From Pseudomonadota bacterium (lineage in GTDB: Bacteria; Pseudomonadota; Alphaproteobacteria; Rhizobiales; UBA4765), in assembly GCA_041694995.1 (NCBI GenBank), contig JBGFRS010000022.1, positions 16,996-80,995 on the forward strand: a DNA stretch of 64,000 nt. The letters are read 5' to 3'. Below the pieces are notes generated by a model. The model was not told the DNA's origin. It made no database searches and was given only the letters and a program-made list of their open reading frames with translations. Shown here piece by piece: positions 51,547-61,143 of this stretch. The position numbers and the translations under genes were made by a program. The stretch's first letter is position 1. Each line of letters starts with the position of its first letter.

Positions 51547-52701
51547 ATGAACAAGATGGTCGTTCCTGCGCCGGTGCCCCTGCCATTCATTGACCTTGGC
51601 GCCCAGCGGCGGCGGATCGCCGCCGACATCGACGCCGCAGTTCTCAAGGTCGTCCACCATGGCCAATACATTCTCGGGCCGGAAGTGTTCGAACTGGAGG
51701 CGGCCCTTGCGGACTTCTGCGGTGCGAAGGAGGTCGTCTCCTGCGGCAACGGCACGGATGCGCTCGCCATGGTCCTGATGGCGAAGGGCGTGCGGCCCGG
51801 TCAAGCCGTCCTGTGTCCGAGTTTTACCTTCGCCGCAACCGCCGAAGTGGTCGCATGGCTCGGAGCCACCCCGATCTTCGTCGACGTTCTTGCCGACACC
51901 TTCAACATGGCTCCGGCGAGCCTCGAGGTCGGGATCGGGACGGCGCGCACGCTTGGCCTTGAACCGGTCGGCGTCATCACGGTGGATCTTTTCGGCCAGC
52001 CGGCCGATTACGACACCCTCCTGCCCATCGCTGACAGGCACGGTCTGTGGACCCTGTGTGACGCGGCCCAATCCTTTGGGGCGAGCCACAAGGGCACGAA
52101 GGTCGGCGTCATCGGCGCCGCAACGGCGACGTCCTTTTTCCCGGCAAAACCGCTCGGCGCCTACGGCGACGGCGGAGCGATCTTCACCGACGATCGCGAT
52201 CTTGCGCGCACGCTGCGTTCGTTGCGCGTGCACGGGCAGAACGTCGAGGACAAGTACGACAATGTGCGCATCGGGATGAATGGCCGGCTCGACACGATCC
52301 AGGCCGCCGTTCTCATTCAAAAGCTCAAGATCTTCCCCGAGGAGATCGCGGCGCGCCAGCGCATTGCAACGCGCTACAATGCGGCCTTGCATGACGTCGC
52401 AATCGTTCCAACTGTTCTCGGGAACTGCACGTCGGTCTGGGCGCAATACACGTTGCGGCTCGGTCCGGGGCGCCGCGATGAGCTCGCGGCGCGACTGCGC
52501 GCGCAAGGCATTCCGACCGCCATCTACTATCCGAGGCCCTTGCATCAGCAGACCGCCTATGCACGCTTCCCGGTTGCCGGCACTGGCTTGCCGGTTTCCG
52601 ATCGGCTGGCCGGCGAAGTGATCTCGCTTCCGATGCATCCGTATCTGGACGAGGCGACGCAGGACCGCATCGTCGGCGCGGTGCGCGCGTGCCTGGTATG
52701 A
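51547..52701 (+). CDS. DegT/DnrJ/EryC1/StrS sugar aminotransferase (GnnB/WbpE-like)
   Basis: NGTDAL, DAAQSFG, SFFPAKPLGAYGDGG and NGRLDTIQAA motifs. Confidence 0.92.
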   Translation: MNKMVVPAPVPLPFIDLGAQRRRIAADIDAAVLKVVHHGQYILGPEVFELEAALADFCGAKEVVSCGNGTDALAMVLMAKGVRPGQAVLCPSFTFAATAEVVAWLGATPIFVDVLADTFNMAPASLEVGIGTARTLGLEPVGVITVDLFGQPADYDTLLPIADRHGLWTLCDAAQSFGASHKGTKVGVIGAATATSFFPAKPLGAYGDGGAIFTDDRDLARTLRSLRVHGQNVEDKYDNVRIGMNGRLDTIQAAVLIQKLKIFPEEIAARQRIATRYNAALHDVAIVPTVLGNCTSVWAQYTLRLGPGRRDELAARLRAQGIPTAIYYPRPLHQQTAYARFPVAGTGLPVSDRLAGEVISLPMHPYLDEATQDRIVGAVRACLV

Positions 52702-52781
52702 CACGCGACGCGTGGCGCGCCCTCTGTTATTGAGGGCATCGGCGCCACGGCCTCCGGGCGCCGACTCGTGAGCCTATCGAT

Positions 52782-54725
52782 ATGAGCCATATCGATCCGA
52801 CCACCCTGCCTTGGTTGCCGCGTCCGAGCGCCGACGACAGGGCGGCGCTCGAAAGATGGCGCGGCGCGGATGGCGCCGGGTTGGCGGCGCTGTCGGATCT
52901 GTCGCGCCGCGCCTGGGACGAAGCGGGCCTGCGCCGGCTCGCACATCGGCTCCGCAAGGCGGTTACGGCCGTTGGCGGCCGCGGGCGGGCGGCATCGACA
53001 TTGGGCCATGTGCCGCTCAAGCTCCTGATCCTCTCGGCGCGTACCATTGCGCACCTCGCCCCTCTGGTTCAGGCAAGCGCCCTTCGCCATGGCCTGGTGC
53101 TCGACGTCGGCGTCCGCGAAGGGGCCTTGGCGTTTGCCCATCCCGAGGTTTTCCTGCGGGATGACCGCCCCGATGCCGTTCTCCTGCTGTTCGCCGTCGA
53201 CGATTTGGCCGCCGGCGGTCAGCTGGGGGATGCCGCAGAGGCGTCGGCCGCCGTGACCGCCGCGGTCGATCGGCTGGAACGCCTCGCCACGGCCATTCGG
53301 TCCGCCGCGCCGATGGCGAGACTCTTGGTCGCGACCTCGCCGGCCGATGCGTCCCAATCGCAGCTGAGCGCAGATATCTCCTTGCCAGGGAGTCCGCGCC
53401 AGCGGTCCGCCGCGTTCGATCACCTGGTCGCCGCACGGTCCGTTGATGCCGGATGGATCGTGTTTGATGTCGCGGGCATTGCCGCACTCGTGGGAGCAGC
53501 CCGCTGGCATCCCGGCCGCTTGGGATTTCTCGCGAACCAGGCGTTCGCGCCGCTCGCCGGTCCGCTCGTGGCCGATCGGCTTGCGACCGTCCTCGCTGCT
53601 CTTTCCGGCCGCTCCCGCCGCGCCTTGGTGCTCGATCTCGACGACACGTTGTGGGGCGGCCTGGTCGGGGAGGAGGGCGGGGCGGCTCTGGCCATGAGCG
53701 CGGGCGATCCCCGCGGCGAAGCACATCGGGCCGTGCAGGCCTTCGCGCGCGACATGGGGCGTCGCGGGGTTCTGCTTGCCATCGCCTCGAAGAACGATCC
53801 GCACGGCGCGCGAGAGGTCTTCCGCACCCATCCCGACATGCTCCTGCGCGACGCCGATATTGCAGTCTTCGAGATCGGGTGGGGGTCCAAGCCGGACATG
53901 CTCCGCCGCATCGCGCAGGAAGTGCGGCTCGGCCTGGAGGCTTTCGTCTTCATCGACGACCAGCCGGCCGAACGGCACGAAATGCGGATGGGGTTGCCCG
54001 AAGTCGCCATTCCCGAGCTTCCGCCCGACCCCGCGGACTGGCTTCCCGTCATTCAGGCCGCCGCCTATTTCGAGACGATCGGCCTCACCCAGGAGGATCG
54101 GGCGCGCGCCACAATGCAGCAGGCCGACAATGCGCGCGCGCAAGCCGCTCGCCTTGCGCCCGACCGCCGGGCATTCCTGGCCTCGCTCGACATGGTCGTC
54201 ACCATCACCCCGTTCGAGCGCATCAGCCGCCCCCGCATTGCTCAGCTCTTGGCGAAGTCGAATCAGTTCAACCTCACGACGCGCCGGTACCCGGACGCCG
54301 AGATCGCACGTTTGGCGATGGACAAGGACGTCTTCACGGCGCAGGTGCGGCTGGTCGACCGATTCGGGGACAATGGCATCGTCTCTGCCGTTATCTGTCG
54401 GCGTGCGCCGTCCGTGTGGGACATCGACACGTGGGTCATGTCCTGCCGTGTCCTCGGCCGAGGCATCGAAGAGAGAATCCTGGACCACCTTGTGCATGCC
54501 GCGCGCGCGGCGGGAGCGACGATGTTGACCGGGACATATCTGCCGACGCCTCGGAATGGGCTTGTCGCCGATCTCTACAGGCGACTCGGCTTCGCGCTGT
54601 CGGCGGCCGCCGCGGACGGCACCACGACATGGCACCTGACGATCGCGCCTCATCCTGAGCGTCCCGGGAAGCCGAGCATCTCGCGCGTATCCCCGCCGGT
54701 CGAAGAATCTAGCCTGAACGGCTGA
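52782..54725 (+). CDS. FkbH-like HAD-IIIC phosphatase/glyceryl transferase
   Basis: LDLDDTLWGG, ASKND, FIDDQPAE, KSNQFNLT, DRFGDNG and MSCRVLGR motifs. Confidence 0.92.
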   Translation: MSHIDPTTLPWLPRPSADDRAALERWRGADGAGLAALSDLSRRAWDEAGLRRLAHRLRKAVTAVGGRGRAASTLGHVPLKLLILSARTIAHLAPLVQASALRHGLVLDVGVREGALAFAHPEVFLRDDRPDAVLLLFAVDDLAAGGQLGDAAEASAAVTAAVDRLERLATAIRSAAPMARLLVATSPADASQSQLSADISLPGSPRQRSAAFDHLVAARSVDAGWIVFDVAGIAALVGAARWHPGRLGFLANQAFAPLAGPLVADRLATVLAALSGRSRRALVLDLDDTLWGGLVGEEGGAALAMSAGDPRGEAHRAVQAFARDMGRRGVLLAIASKNDPHGAREVFRTHPDMLLRDADIAVFEIGWGSKPDMLRRIAQEVRLGLEAFVFIDDQPAERHEMRMGLPEVAIPELPPDPADWLPVIQAAAYFETIGLTQEDRARATMQQADNARAQAARLAPDRRAFLASLDMVVTITPFERISRPRIAQLLAKSNQFNLTTRRYPDAEIARLAMDKDVFTAQVRLVDRFGDNGIVSAVICRRAPSVWDIDTWVMSCRVLGRGIEERILDHLVHAARAAGATMLTGTYLPTPRNGLVADLYRRLGFALSAAAADGTTTWHLTIAPHPERPGKPSISRVSPPVEESSLNG

Positions 54726-54733
54726 CAGCTCCC

Positions 54734-56164
54734 ATGACATCATCTCCACCACCTTCGCTGGCGCACGTCGTTCCCGTCATCATCGGCGGCGGCGCCGGTT
54801 CGCGGCTCTGGCCCGCCTCCCGCGAATCCTTCCCGAAGCAGTTCATCCCGCTCTTCGGGGAGCGCTCGATGTTCCAGAAGACGCTGGAGCGCGTTCGCGA
54901 CTGTGGGCTCAGAGACCCCGTCATCGTCACCCACGAGGAGTTCCGCTTCAGCGTGCGCCGGCAGATGGACAGCGTCGGCGTATCGGGCGCCATCCTCTTG
55001 GAACCCGTCCGCCGCGACTCCGGTCCCGCCATCGCTGCCGCCGCGCGGTTCGTTCAGACGCGCGCCGCGGATGCTCTGGTGCTGGTCTTGGCGTCCGACC
55101 ATCTCATCACCGATCTCGACGCGTTCCGTTCTGCCGTCGCGCGCGCCGCAGCGGCGGCAGCGACCGGCCGCATCGTTACGTTCGGCATGATCCCGGACCG
55201 GCCGCACACCGGGTATGGCTACGTCAAGCCGGGGGCGGGGCTGCACGATGGCGTGCATGCGGCCGAGCGTTTCGTTGAAAAGCCTGATGCGCCGACGGCC
55301 GCGCGGTACATCGCGGAGGGGTATCTGTGGAACAGCGGCATGTTCCTGTTCCGCGCAGATGCGTTTCTTGCGGAACTCGGCCGTCTTGCGCCGACCATGG
55401 CCGAATCGGCGTCCCGCGCGGTCATGCTTGCGCGTCCGGATTTCGACTTCATCCGCCTCGATGCCGGCGCTTTTGCGCAGGCGCCTAAAGTGTCCATCGA
55501 CCATGCCGTGATGGAGAAGACGACGATGGCTGCCGTCGTCCGTGCGGCGTTCGGCTGGTCCGATGTCGGATCCTGGGCGGCGGTTTGGGCAGCTTCGACG
55601 CGCGATACCAACGGCAATTCGACGCGCGGTGACGTCGAAGTGCTCGACAGCAGAAATTGCCACGTTCAGTCGGCTGGCCCGCTCACGGTGGTCATCGGCA
55701 TGAGCGATGCTGTCGTCGTGGTCGAGGACGACGCCGTCATGGTTGCCTCCCGCGACATGTCCGAGAAGGTCAAGCCCGTCGTCGAAAAACTGAAGCAACA
55801 AGGCCACGCGGCCGCGACGCGGTCGCGTCGGACGCAGCGGCCCTGGGGCTATTATCACACGCTCGACCTCGGAAAACGATATCAGGTCAAACGCATCGTC
55901 GTCGATCCGGGCGCGCGCTTGTCGCTGCAGAGCCATGCGCATCGCGCCGAGCACTGGGTGGTTGTGTCGGGCGCGGCGGTGGTGACGGTCGACGGCCAAG
56001 AACGATGCCTGATGGAGAACGAGTCGGCCTTCATTCCCCGCGGGGCGGTTCATCGGTTGGCAAACCCGGGCAAGGTACCGCTCGAATTGATCGAGGTTCA
56101 GTCCGGCGCCTATCTCGGCGAAGACGACATCGTTCGCTACGAGGACGCCTACAAGCGCGTCTGA
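54734..56164 (+). CDS. manC: Mannose-1-phosphate guanylyltransferase / mannose-6-phosphate isomerase
   Basis: GGAGSRLWPASR..PKQF, FVEKP, WSDVGSW, RPWG and SLQSHAHRAEHW motifs. Confidence 0.95.
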   Translation: MTSSPPPSLAHVVPVIIGGGAGSRLWPASRESFPKQFIPLFGERSMFQKTLERVRDCGLRDPVIVTHEEFRFSVRRQMDSVGVSGAILLEPVRRDSGPAIAAAARFVQTRAADALVLVLASDHLITDLDAFRSAVARAAAAAATGRIVTFGMIPDRPHTGYGYVKPGAGLHDGVHAAERFVEKPDAPTAARYIAEGYLWNSGMFLFRADAFLAELGRLAPTMAESASRAVMLARPDFDFIRLDAGAFAQAPKVSIDHAVMEKTTMAAVVRAAFGWSDVGSWAAVWAASTRDTNGNSTRGDVEVLDSRNCHVQSAGPLTVVIGMSDAVVVVEDDAVMVASRDMSEKVKPVVEKLKQQGHAAATRSRRTQRPWGYYHTLDLGKRYQVKRIVVDPGARLSLQSHAHRAEHWVVVSGAAVVTVDGQERCLMENESAFIPRGAVHRLANPGKVPLELIEVQSGAYLGEDDIVRYEDAYKRV

Positions 56165-56224
56165 TATAGCTCAGATCTGGCGTGGCATCCGATGGGTGCG
56201 GTCCGGCAGCATCACGAGGGATGA

Positions 56225-57211
56225 ATGACGGTGTTGGTGACAGGCGGTGCGGGCTATATCGGCTCGCACATGGTCTATGCGCTTCTCGATCGCGGGGAGC
56301 GTGTCGTCGTTCTCGACAATCTGTCGACCGGGTTTCGCTGGGCGGTGCCGGACGGTGTGCCCCTCATCGTCGCGGACGCCGGAGACATCGAAACAGTCTT
56401 GCCCGCCCTGCATACCCATGGCGTCGAATCGGTCGTGCACTTTGCCGCGAAGATCGTCGTGCCGGAATCGGTGGCCGATCCGCTCGGCTATTACCTGAAC
56501 AACACCGTCAAGAGCCGCGCACTCATCGCCGCGGCCATTGGCGCAGGCGTGCGCCATTTCATCTTCTCGTCGACCGCGGCCGTGTACGGCGACCCGGCAG
56601 TCAGCCCCGTGCCGGAAGACTGCGCCGTGTCGCCGATGTCGCCGTACGGCGCGTCGAAGCTGATGACCGAAACCATGCTGCGCGACGTCGCCGTCGCGCA
56701 CGGACTTGGCACGGTCATCTTGCGCTACTTCAACGTTGCCGGTGCCGACCCCAAGGGCCGCACCGGCCAGTCGACGCCCGCCGCGACGCATCTGATCAAG
56801 GTCGCCGTGCAAAGCGCCCTCGGCCTGCGCTCCGGCATGCACATCTACGGCACCGACTATCCGACGGCGGATGGCACATGCGTCCGCGACTATATCCATG
56901 TGACCGATCTGGTGCGGGCGCATGTGGATGCCCTCGATTATCTGCGGCGCGGCGGCGAACTGCTCACCTGCAATGTCGGTTATGGGCGCGGCTACTCGGT
57001 TCGCGAGGTCGTGGATACGGTTCGCGCCGTTTCGGGGGTTGCTTTCAGGGCCGACATCGCACCGCGCCGCGCCGGTGACCCGGCCTCGATCGTCGCAGCC
57101 AATGACCGCGCCAAGCGCGCGCTCGGCTGGCGTCCGGAGATCGAGGATCTCGCCACCATCGTCGAGCATGCGTTGCGCTGGGAACGGCGGCTGCACCAAC
57201 GCGGTGTCTGA
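56225..57211 (+). CDS. galE: UDP-glucose 4-epimerase
   Basis: TGGAGYIGSH, SSTAAVYG, YGASK, RYFNVAGA and DGTCVRDYIHV motifs. Confidence 0.96.
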   Translation: MTVLVTGGAGYIGSHMVYALLDRGERVVVLDNLSTGFRWAVPDGVPLIVADAGDIETVLPALHTHGVESVVHFAAKIVVPESVADPLGYYLNNTVKSRALIAAAIGAGVRHFIFSSTAAVYGDPAVSPVPEDCAVSPMSPYGASKLMTETMLRDVAVAHGLGTVILRYFNVAGADPKGRTGQSTPAATHLIKVAVQSALGLRSGMHIYGTDYPTADGTCVRDYIHVTDLVRAHVDALDYLRRGGELLTCNVGYGRGYSVREVVDTVRAVSGVAFRADIAPRRAGDPASIVAANDRAKRALGWRPEIEDLATIVEHALRWERRLHQRGV

Positions 57212-57292
57212 GCGGGCCCGCGATGGGCACTTGCGCGCTCCCCCGCCGATGCTATTCCTGCGGCCACTCTTGCTTGGAAAGGTCCTCCGCGC

Positions 57293-58618
57293 ATGCGCAT
57301 CGCCATGGTCGGCGCCGGCTATGTCGGTCTCGTCTCAGGCGTTTGCTTTTCCGACTTCGGTCATGACGTTGTCTGTGTCGACACCGACGGCGCCAAGATC
57401 GAAGCGCTGCAGCGCGGCGAGGTGCCGATCTATGAACCGGGTCTCGAGGCCCTGGTGCGCGCCAATATGCGCGACGAGCGCCTTGCCTTCACGACCAGCC
57501 TGGAACAGGCCGTGCGCGGCGCACAGGCGATCTTCATCGCGGTTGGAACGCCGTCGCGCCGCGGCGACGGGCATGCCGACTTGTCCTATGTGCACAAGGC
57601 CGCGCGGGACATCGCCGCCCTGGCTGATGGCTTCACGGTCGTCGTGACCAAGTCGACCGTGCCGGTGGGGACGGGAGACGAGGTCGAACGCATCATCCGG
57701 TCCGTGCGGCCGGACGCCGACGTAGCCGTCGTGTCGAACCCGGAGTTCCTGCGGGAAGGCGCGGCAATCGGCGATTTCAAGCGCCCTGATCGGATCGTGA
57801 TCGGAACCGACGACGAACGGGCCCGGCGCGTCATGTCGGACATCTATCGGCCCCTGCACATCAACCAGGGGCCGCTGGTCTTCACCTCCCGGCGCACGGC
57901 GGAACTGATCAAATACGCCGCCAACGCCTTCCTCGCGATGAAGGTCACCTTCATCAACGAAATGGCCGATCTGTGCGAGGCCGTCGGCAGCAATGTGCAG
58001 GAGGTGGCCCGTGGGATCGGGCTCGACAACCGCATCGGCCCGAAGTTCTTGCATGCGGGCCCGGGGTATGGCGGGTCGTGCTTTCCGAAGGACACGCTCG
58101 CCCTCGTCAAGACGGCGCAGGATGTCGGCGCTCCAACACGGCTGATTGAGACCGTGATCGCGGTCAATGATCGGCGCAAGCATGCCATGGTGCACAAGAT
58201 CATCCGTGCGTGCGGCGGCACCGTCGCGGACAAGCGCGTGGCGGTCCTCGGCCTGGCGTTCAAGCCGAACACCGACGATCTGCGCGAGGCCCCGGCGCTG
58301 GTGATCGTTCCGGCTTTGCAAGAGGCGGGCGCAACCGTGACCGCCCACGACCCCGAGGCCATGAAGAATGCGGCGGAATTCTTGCCGAACGTCGCATTCG
58401 CTGAATCGGCCTATGGCTGCGCCAAGGGCGCGGACGCGCTGGTTATCTTGACCGAGTGGGACGTGTTTCGCGCGCTCGACATGACGCGCATCCGCCGGCT
58501 GATGCGGACGCCGACCGTCGTGGATCTCCGCAACGTCTATCGCATCGACGAGATGCGGGCGCTCGGCTTCACCTATGTGAGCATCGGGCGCGCGTCGGTT
58601 CAGGGCGAATCGCGATGA
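57293..58618 (+). CDS. ugd: UDP-glucose 6-dehydrogenase
   Basis: GAGYVGL, SNPEFLREG, GYGGSCFPKD and AFKPNTDD motifs. Confidence 0.96.
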   Translation: MRIAMVGAGYVGLVSGVCFSDFGHDVVCVDTDGAKIEALQRGEVPIYEPGLEALVRANMRDERLAFTTSLEQAVRGAQAIFIAVGTPSRRGDGHADLSYVHKAARDIAALADGFTVVVTKSTVPVGTGDEVERIIRSVRPDADVAVVSNPEFLREGAAIGDFKRPDRIVIGTDDERARRVMSDIYRPLHINQGPLVFTSRRTAELIKYAANAFLAMKVTFINEMADLCEAVGSNVQEVARGIGLDNRIGPKFLHAGPGYGGSCFPKDTLALVKTAQDVGAPTRLIETVIAVNDRRKHAMVHKIIRACGGTVADKRVAVLGLAFKPNTDDLREAPALVIVPALQEAGATVTAHDPEAMKNAAEFLPNVAFAESAYGCAKGADALVILTEWDVFRALDMTRIRRLMRTPTVVDLRNVYRIDEMRALGFTYVSIGRASVQGESR

Positions 58619-59640
58619 CGGAGCCAGCGCCCGGCCCGGTTCTCGTGACGGGCGCTGCCGGCTTCATCGGCTTCCACCTCGCTGAGCACCTGTTGCGGTC
58701 CGGCGTCAGCGTCGTCGGCATCGACAGCATGACTGACTACTATGATCCGGCGCTCAAGGAAGCGCGTCTCGCGCAGCTGAGCCGACGCGAGGAATTCTCC
58801 TTCGAACGGCTTGACGTTCGGGAGTTCGAGGCTTTCGGCGCGCTGGTCGCACGGGTGCGGCCGCGTGCGCTCGTCCACTTGGCCGCGCAAGCCGGCGTGC
58901 GCTATTCGCTCGATGCGCCGCGATCCTATACCTCGACGAATGTCGAAGGCTTCCTGTCCGTCCTCGAGGCGTGCCGGCACACGCCCGTTGGCCACCTCGT
59001 CTACGCCTCGTCGAGCTCGGTGTACGGGCTCAACACCAAGACGCCGTTCTCGGAGCACGACGGCGCCGACCATCCGGTCTCGCTCTATGCCGCGACCAAG
59101 CGGGCGAACGAATTGATGGCGCATGCCTATGCCCATCTCTACGGAATTGCCGCAAGCGGGCTGCGCTTCTTCACCGTCTACGGACCGTGGGGGCGCCCTG
59201 ACATGGCCTATTTCAAATTCACCAAGGCCATTCTCGAAAACCGCCCGATCGAGGTCCATGCCCCGGACGTCATGCGGCGGGACTTCACCTATATCGACGA
59301 CATCGTGGAAGGCATCGCCAGGCTGCTCCCCCGCCCCCCATCGCCGGACCCGCACTTCGACCGCCGGCGTCCGGACCCCGCCACTGCCGCCGCGCCGCAC
59401 CGCATTTTCAACATCGGCAACAACGCGCCGGTCGACCTTCGCCGTTTCATCGCGGCCATCGAGGCGGCCGCCGGGCGGCGCGCCACCTGCGTCGTGACGC
59501 CACTGCAGCCGGGCGATGTCGAGGCGACCTGCGCCGACGTGACCGATCTTGCGGCCGCCGTCGGCTTTGCGCCGTCAACCTCGATCGAGGCGGGCATCGG
59601 CCGTTTTGTCGCGTGGTATCGTGACTTCTACGCGATTTGA
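58615..59640 (+). CDS. UDP-glucuronate 4-epimerase-like NAD-dependent epimerase
   Basis: TGAAGFIG, HLAAQAGVRYS, SLYAATK and RFFTVYGPWGRPDMA motifs. Confidence 0.93.
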   Translation: MTEPAPGPVLVTGAAGFIGFHLAEHLLRSGVSVVGIDSMTDYYDPALKEARLAQLSRREEFSFERLDVREFEAFGALVARVRPRALVHLAAQAGVRYSLDAPRSYTSTNVEGFLSVLEACRHTPVGHLVYASSSSVYGLNTKTPFSEHDGADHPVSLYAATKRANELMAHAYAHLYGIAASGLRFFTVYGPWGRPDMAYFKFTKAILENRPIEVHAPDVMRRDFTYIDDIVEGIARLLPRPPSPDPHFDRRRPDPATAAAPHRIFNIGNNAPVDLRRFIAAIEAAAGRRATCVVTPLQPGDVEATCADVTDLAAAVGFAPSTSIEAGIGRFVAWYRDFYAI

Positions 59641-59683
59641 GGCCGCGGCAGGTTCTATCCGTCGGCGCGATCGGACGAGGCGC

Positions 59684-59809
59684 TCACAGGCGAACGGCTG
59701 AGGTGGTGAACGCGGTTTCCACCGGCTTCTGGGCCATGCGGTCGAGGGTCAGCCACGCGCCAACCCCGAGGACTGCTGCCACGCCGACGGCCAATAGGAA
59801 CGCCTTCAT
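59684..59809 (-). CDS. 41-aa single-TM small protein (below ORF-track cutoff)
   Basis: MKAFLLAVGVAAVLGVGAWLTLDRMAQKPVETAFTTSAVRL*; strong AAGGAGGGAG SD; downstream of mrp. Confidence 0.75.
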   Translation of the reverse strand: MKAFLLAVGVAAVLGVGAWLTLDRMAQKPVETAFTTSAVRL

Positions 59810-59887
59810 CGATCTCCCTCCTTCATAGATGTTTGCGCGCGACCTTGGCGTAGCACGCCCCCATCGCGCAAGAGGTGCGCTGTCGCA

Positions 59888-60988
59888 TCAAATCGGAACG
59901 GCACGGCGCTTCGGGGGGGATTGGCCCGCGGGATCGGCAAGCGCGGCCCAGACCCGATCCGCGATCTCAAAATAGGCCTGAGCGTGCGCTCCGTCCGGAT
60001 CGGAAGCAACAGACGGCGCGCCGGCGTCCGCGCTCGCGCGGATGTGCATGTGCAGGGGGATCTCCCCGAGGAACGCGGTCCCGTGCCTGCCCGCCTCCGC
60101 CCGCGCGCCGCCATGCGAGAAGATGTTGCAGCGAAATCCGCAGGTCGGGCACACGAAGAAGGACATGTTCTCGACGATCCCGAGAACCGGGACGTTCACC
60201 TTCTGGAACATGGCGATGCCCTTGCGCGCATCGATGAGGGCGAGGTCTTGCGGGGTGGACACGATCACGGCGCCGTCGAGCGGCACTTTCTGGGCCATGG
60301 TGAGCTGCGCGTCCCCCGTCCCCGGGGGCATGTCGACCACCAGGACGTCGAGATGGCCCCAGGCAACCTCGCGCAGCATCTGCGTCAAGGCCGAATCGAT
60401 CATCGGTCCGCGCCAGATCAGCGGCGTTTCGTCATCGACCATCAGCCCGATCGACATGATCTTGAGGCCGTGGGCCTCGAGCGGCTTCAGCATGCGCCCG
60501 GGCAGAAGCTCGGGCCTGCCTTTGACGCCCATGAGCTTGGGCACGGACGGCCCGTAAATGTCGGCATCGAGCAGGCCCGCGCTTCGCCCACGTCTTGCCA
60601 GCGCAATCGCGAGATTCGCCGCCGTGGTCGATTTGCCGACCCCGCCCTTGCCGGATGCGACGGCGACAATGCGGGCGATGCCGGGCACCGGCGCGGCATG
60701 CGGTGCCGGCGCCTTGGCCTGCGGTGCCCCGGCGCCGGACGCGCTCCGCTCGGCCGTCAGCGTCACGAACGCCTTGCTCACCCCGGGCACGGCCCGGATC
60801 GCCCGCTCGACCGCTTGCCGGGTCGGCTCGAACGCGGCGGCTTCGCTCGCCTCGATGGTCAAGGCGAGCATGACCGTATCGCCAGCGATCACGACCTCGC
60901 CCAGGCGCCCGGCCTCCGCGAGCCGGCGCCCGCTGGGGTCAGTCAGGGCGGCGAGGGCGCCAAGAATGGTGTCGGCGGTGAGCGCCAT
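59888..60988 (-). CDS. mrp: Mrp/ApbC (NBP35-family) Fe-S carrier ATPase
   Basis: ASGKGGVGKST, DADIYGPS, WRGPM, DMPPGTGD and ENMS..CPTCG motifs. Confidence 0.95.
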   Translation of the reverse strand: MALTADTILGALAALTDPSGRRLAEAGRLGEVVIAGDTVMLALTIEASEAAAFEPTRQAVERAIRAVPGVSKAFVTLTAERSASGAGAPQAKAPAPHAAPVPGIARIVAVASGKGGVGKSTTAANLAIALARRGRSAGLLDADIYGPSVPKLMGVKGRPELLPGRMLKPLEAHGLKIMSIGLMVDDETPLIWRGPMIDSALTQMLREVAWGHLDVLVVDMPPGTGDAQLTMAQKVPLDGAVIVSTPQDLALIDARKGIAMFQKVNVPVLGIVENMSFFVCPTCGFRCNIFSHGGARAEAGRHGTAFLGEIPLHMHIRASADAGAPSVASDPDGAHAQAYFEIADRVWAALADPAGQSPPKRRAVPI

Positions 60989-61143
60989 GCGTCGAACAGG
61001 CCCGCTTGGTGAGGAACGGCACAAATGTCACATTTTCCGCTCCTGTGCACCTGCTGCGGTGCCGCGCGTGGTGCGCGGAGCAGGATGGGGCTATAAAGCG
61101 CGGCTGACCTGTGCCACCGGGGCTTTGGACGCGGACCATCGCC

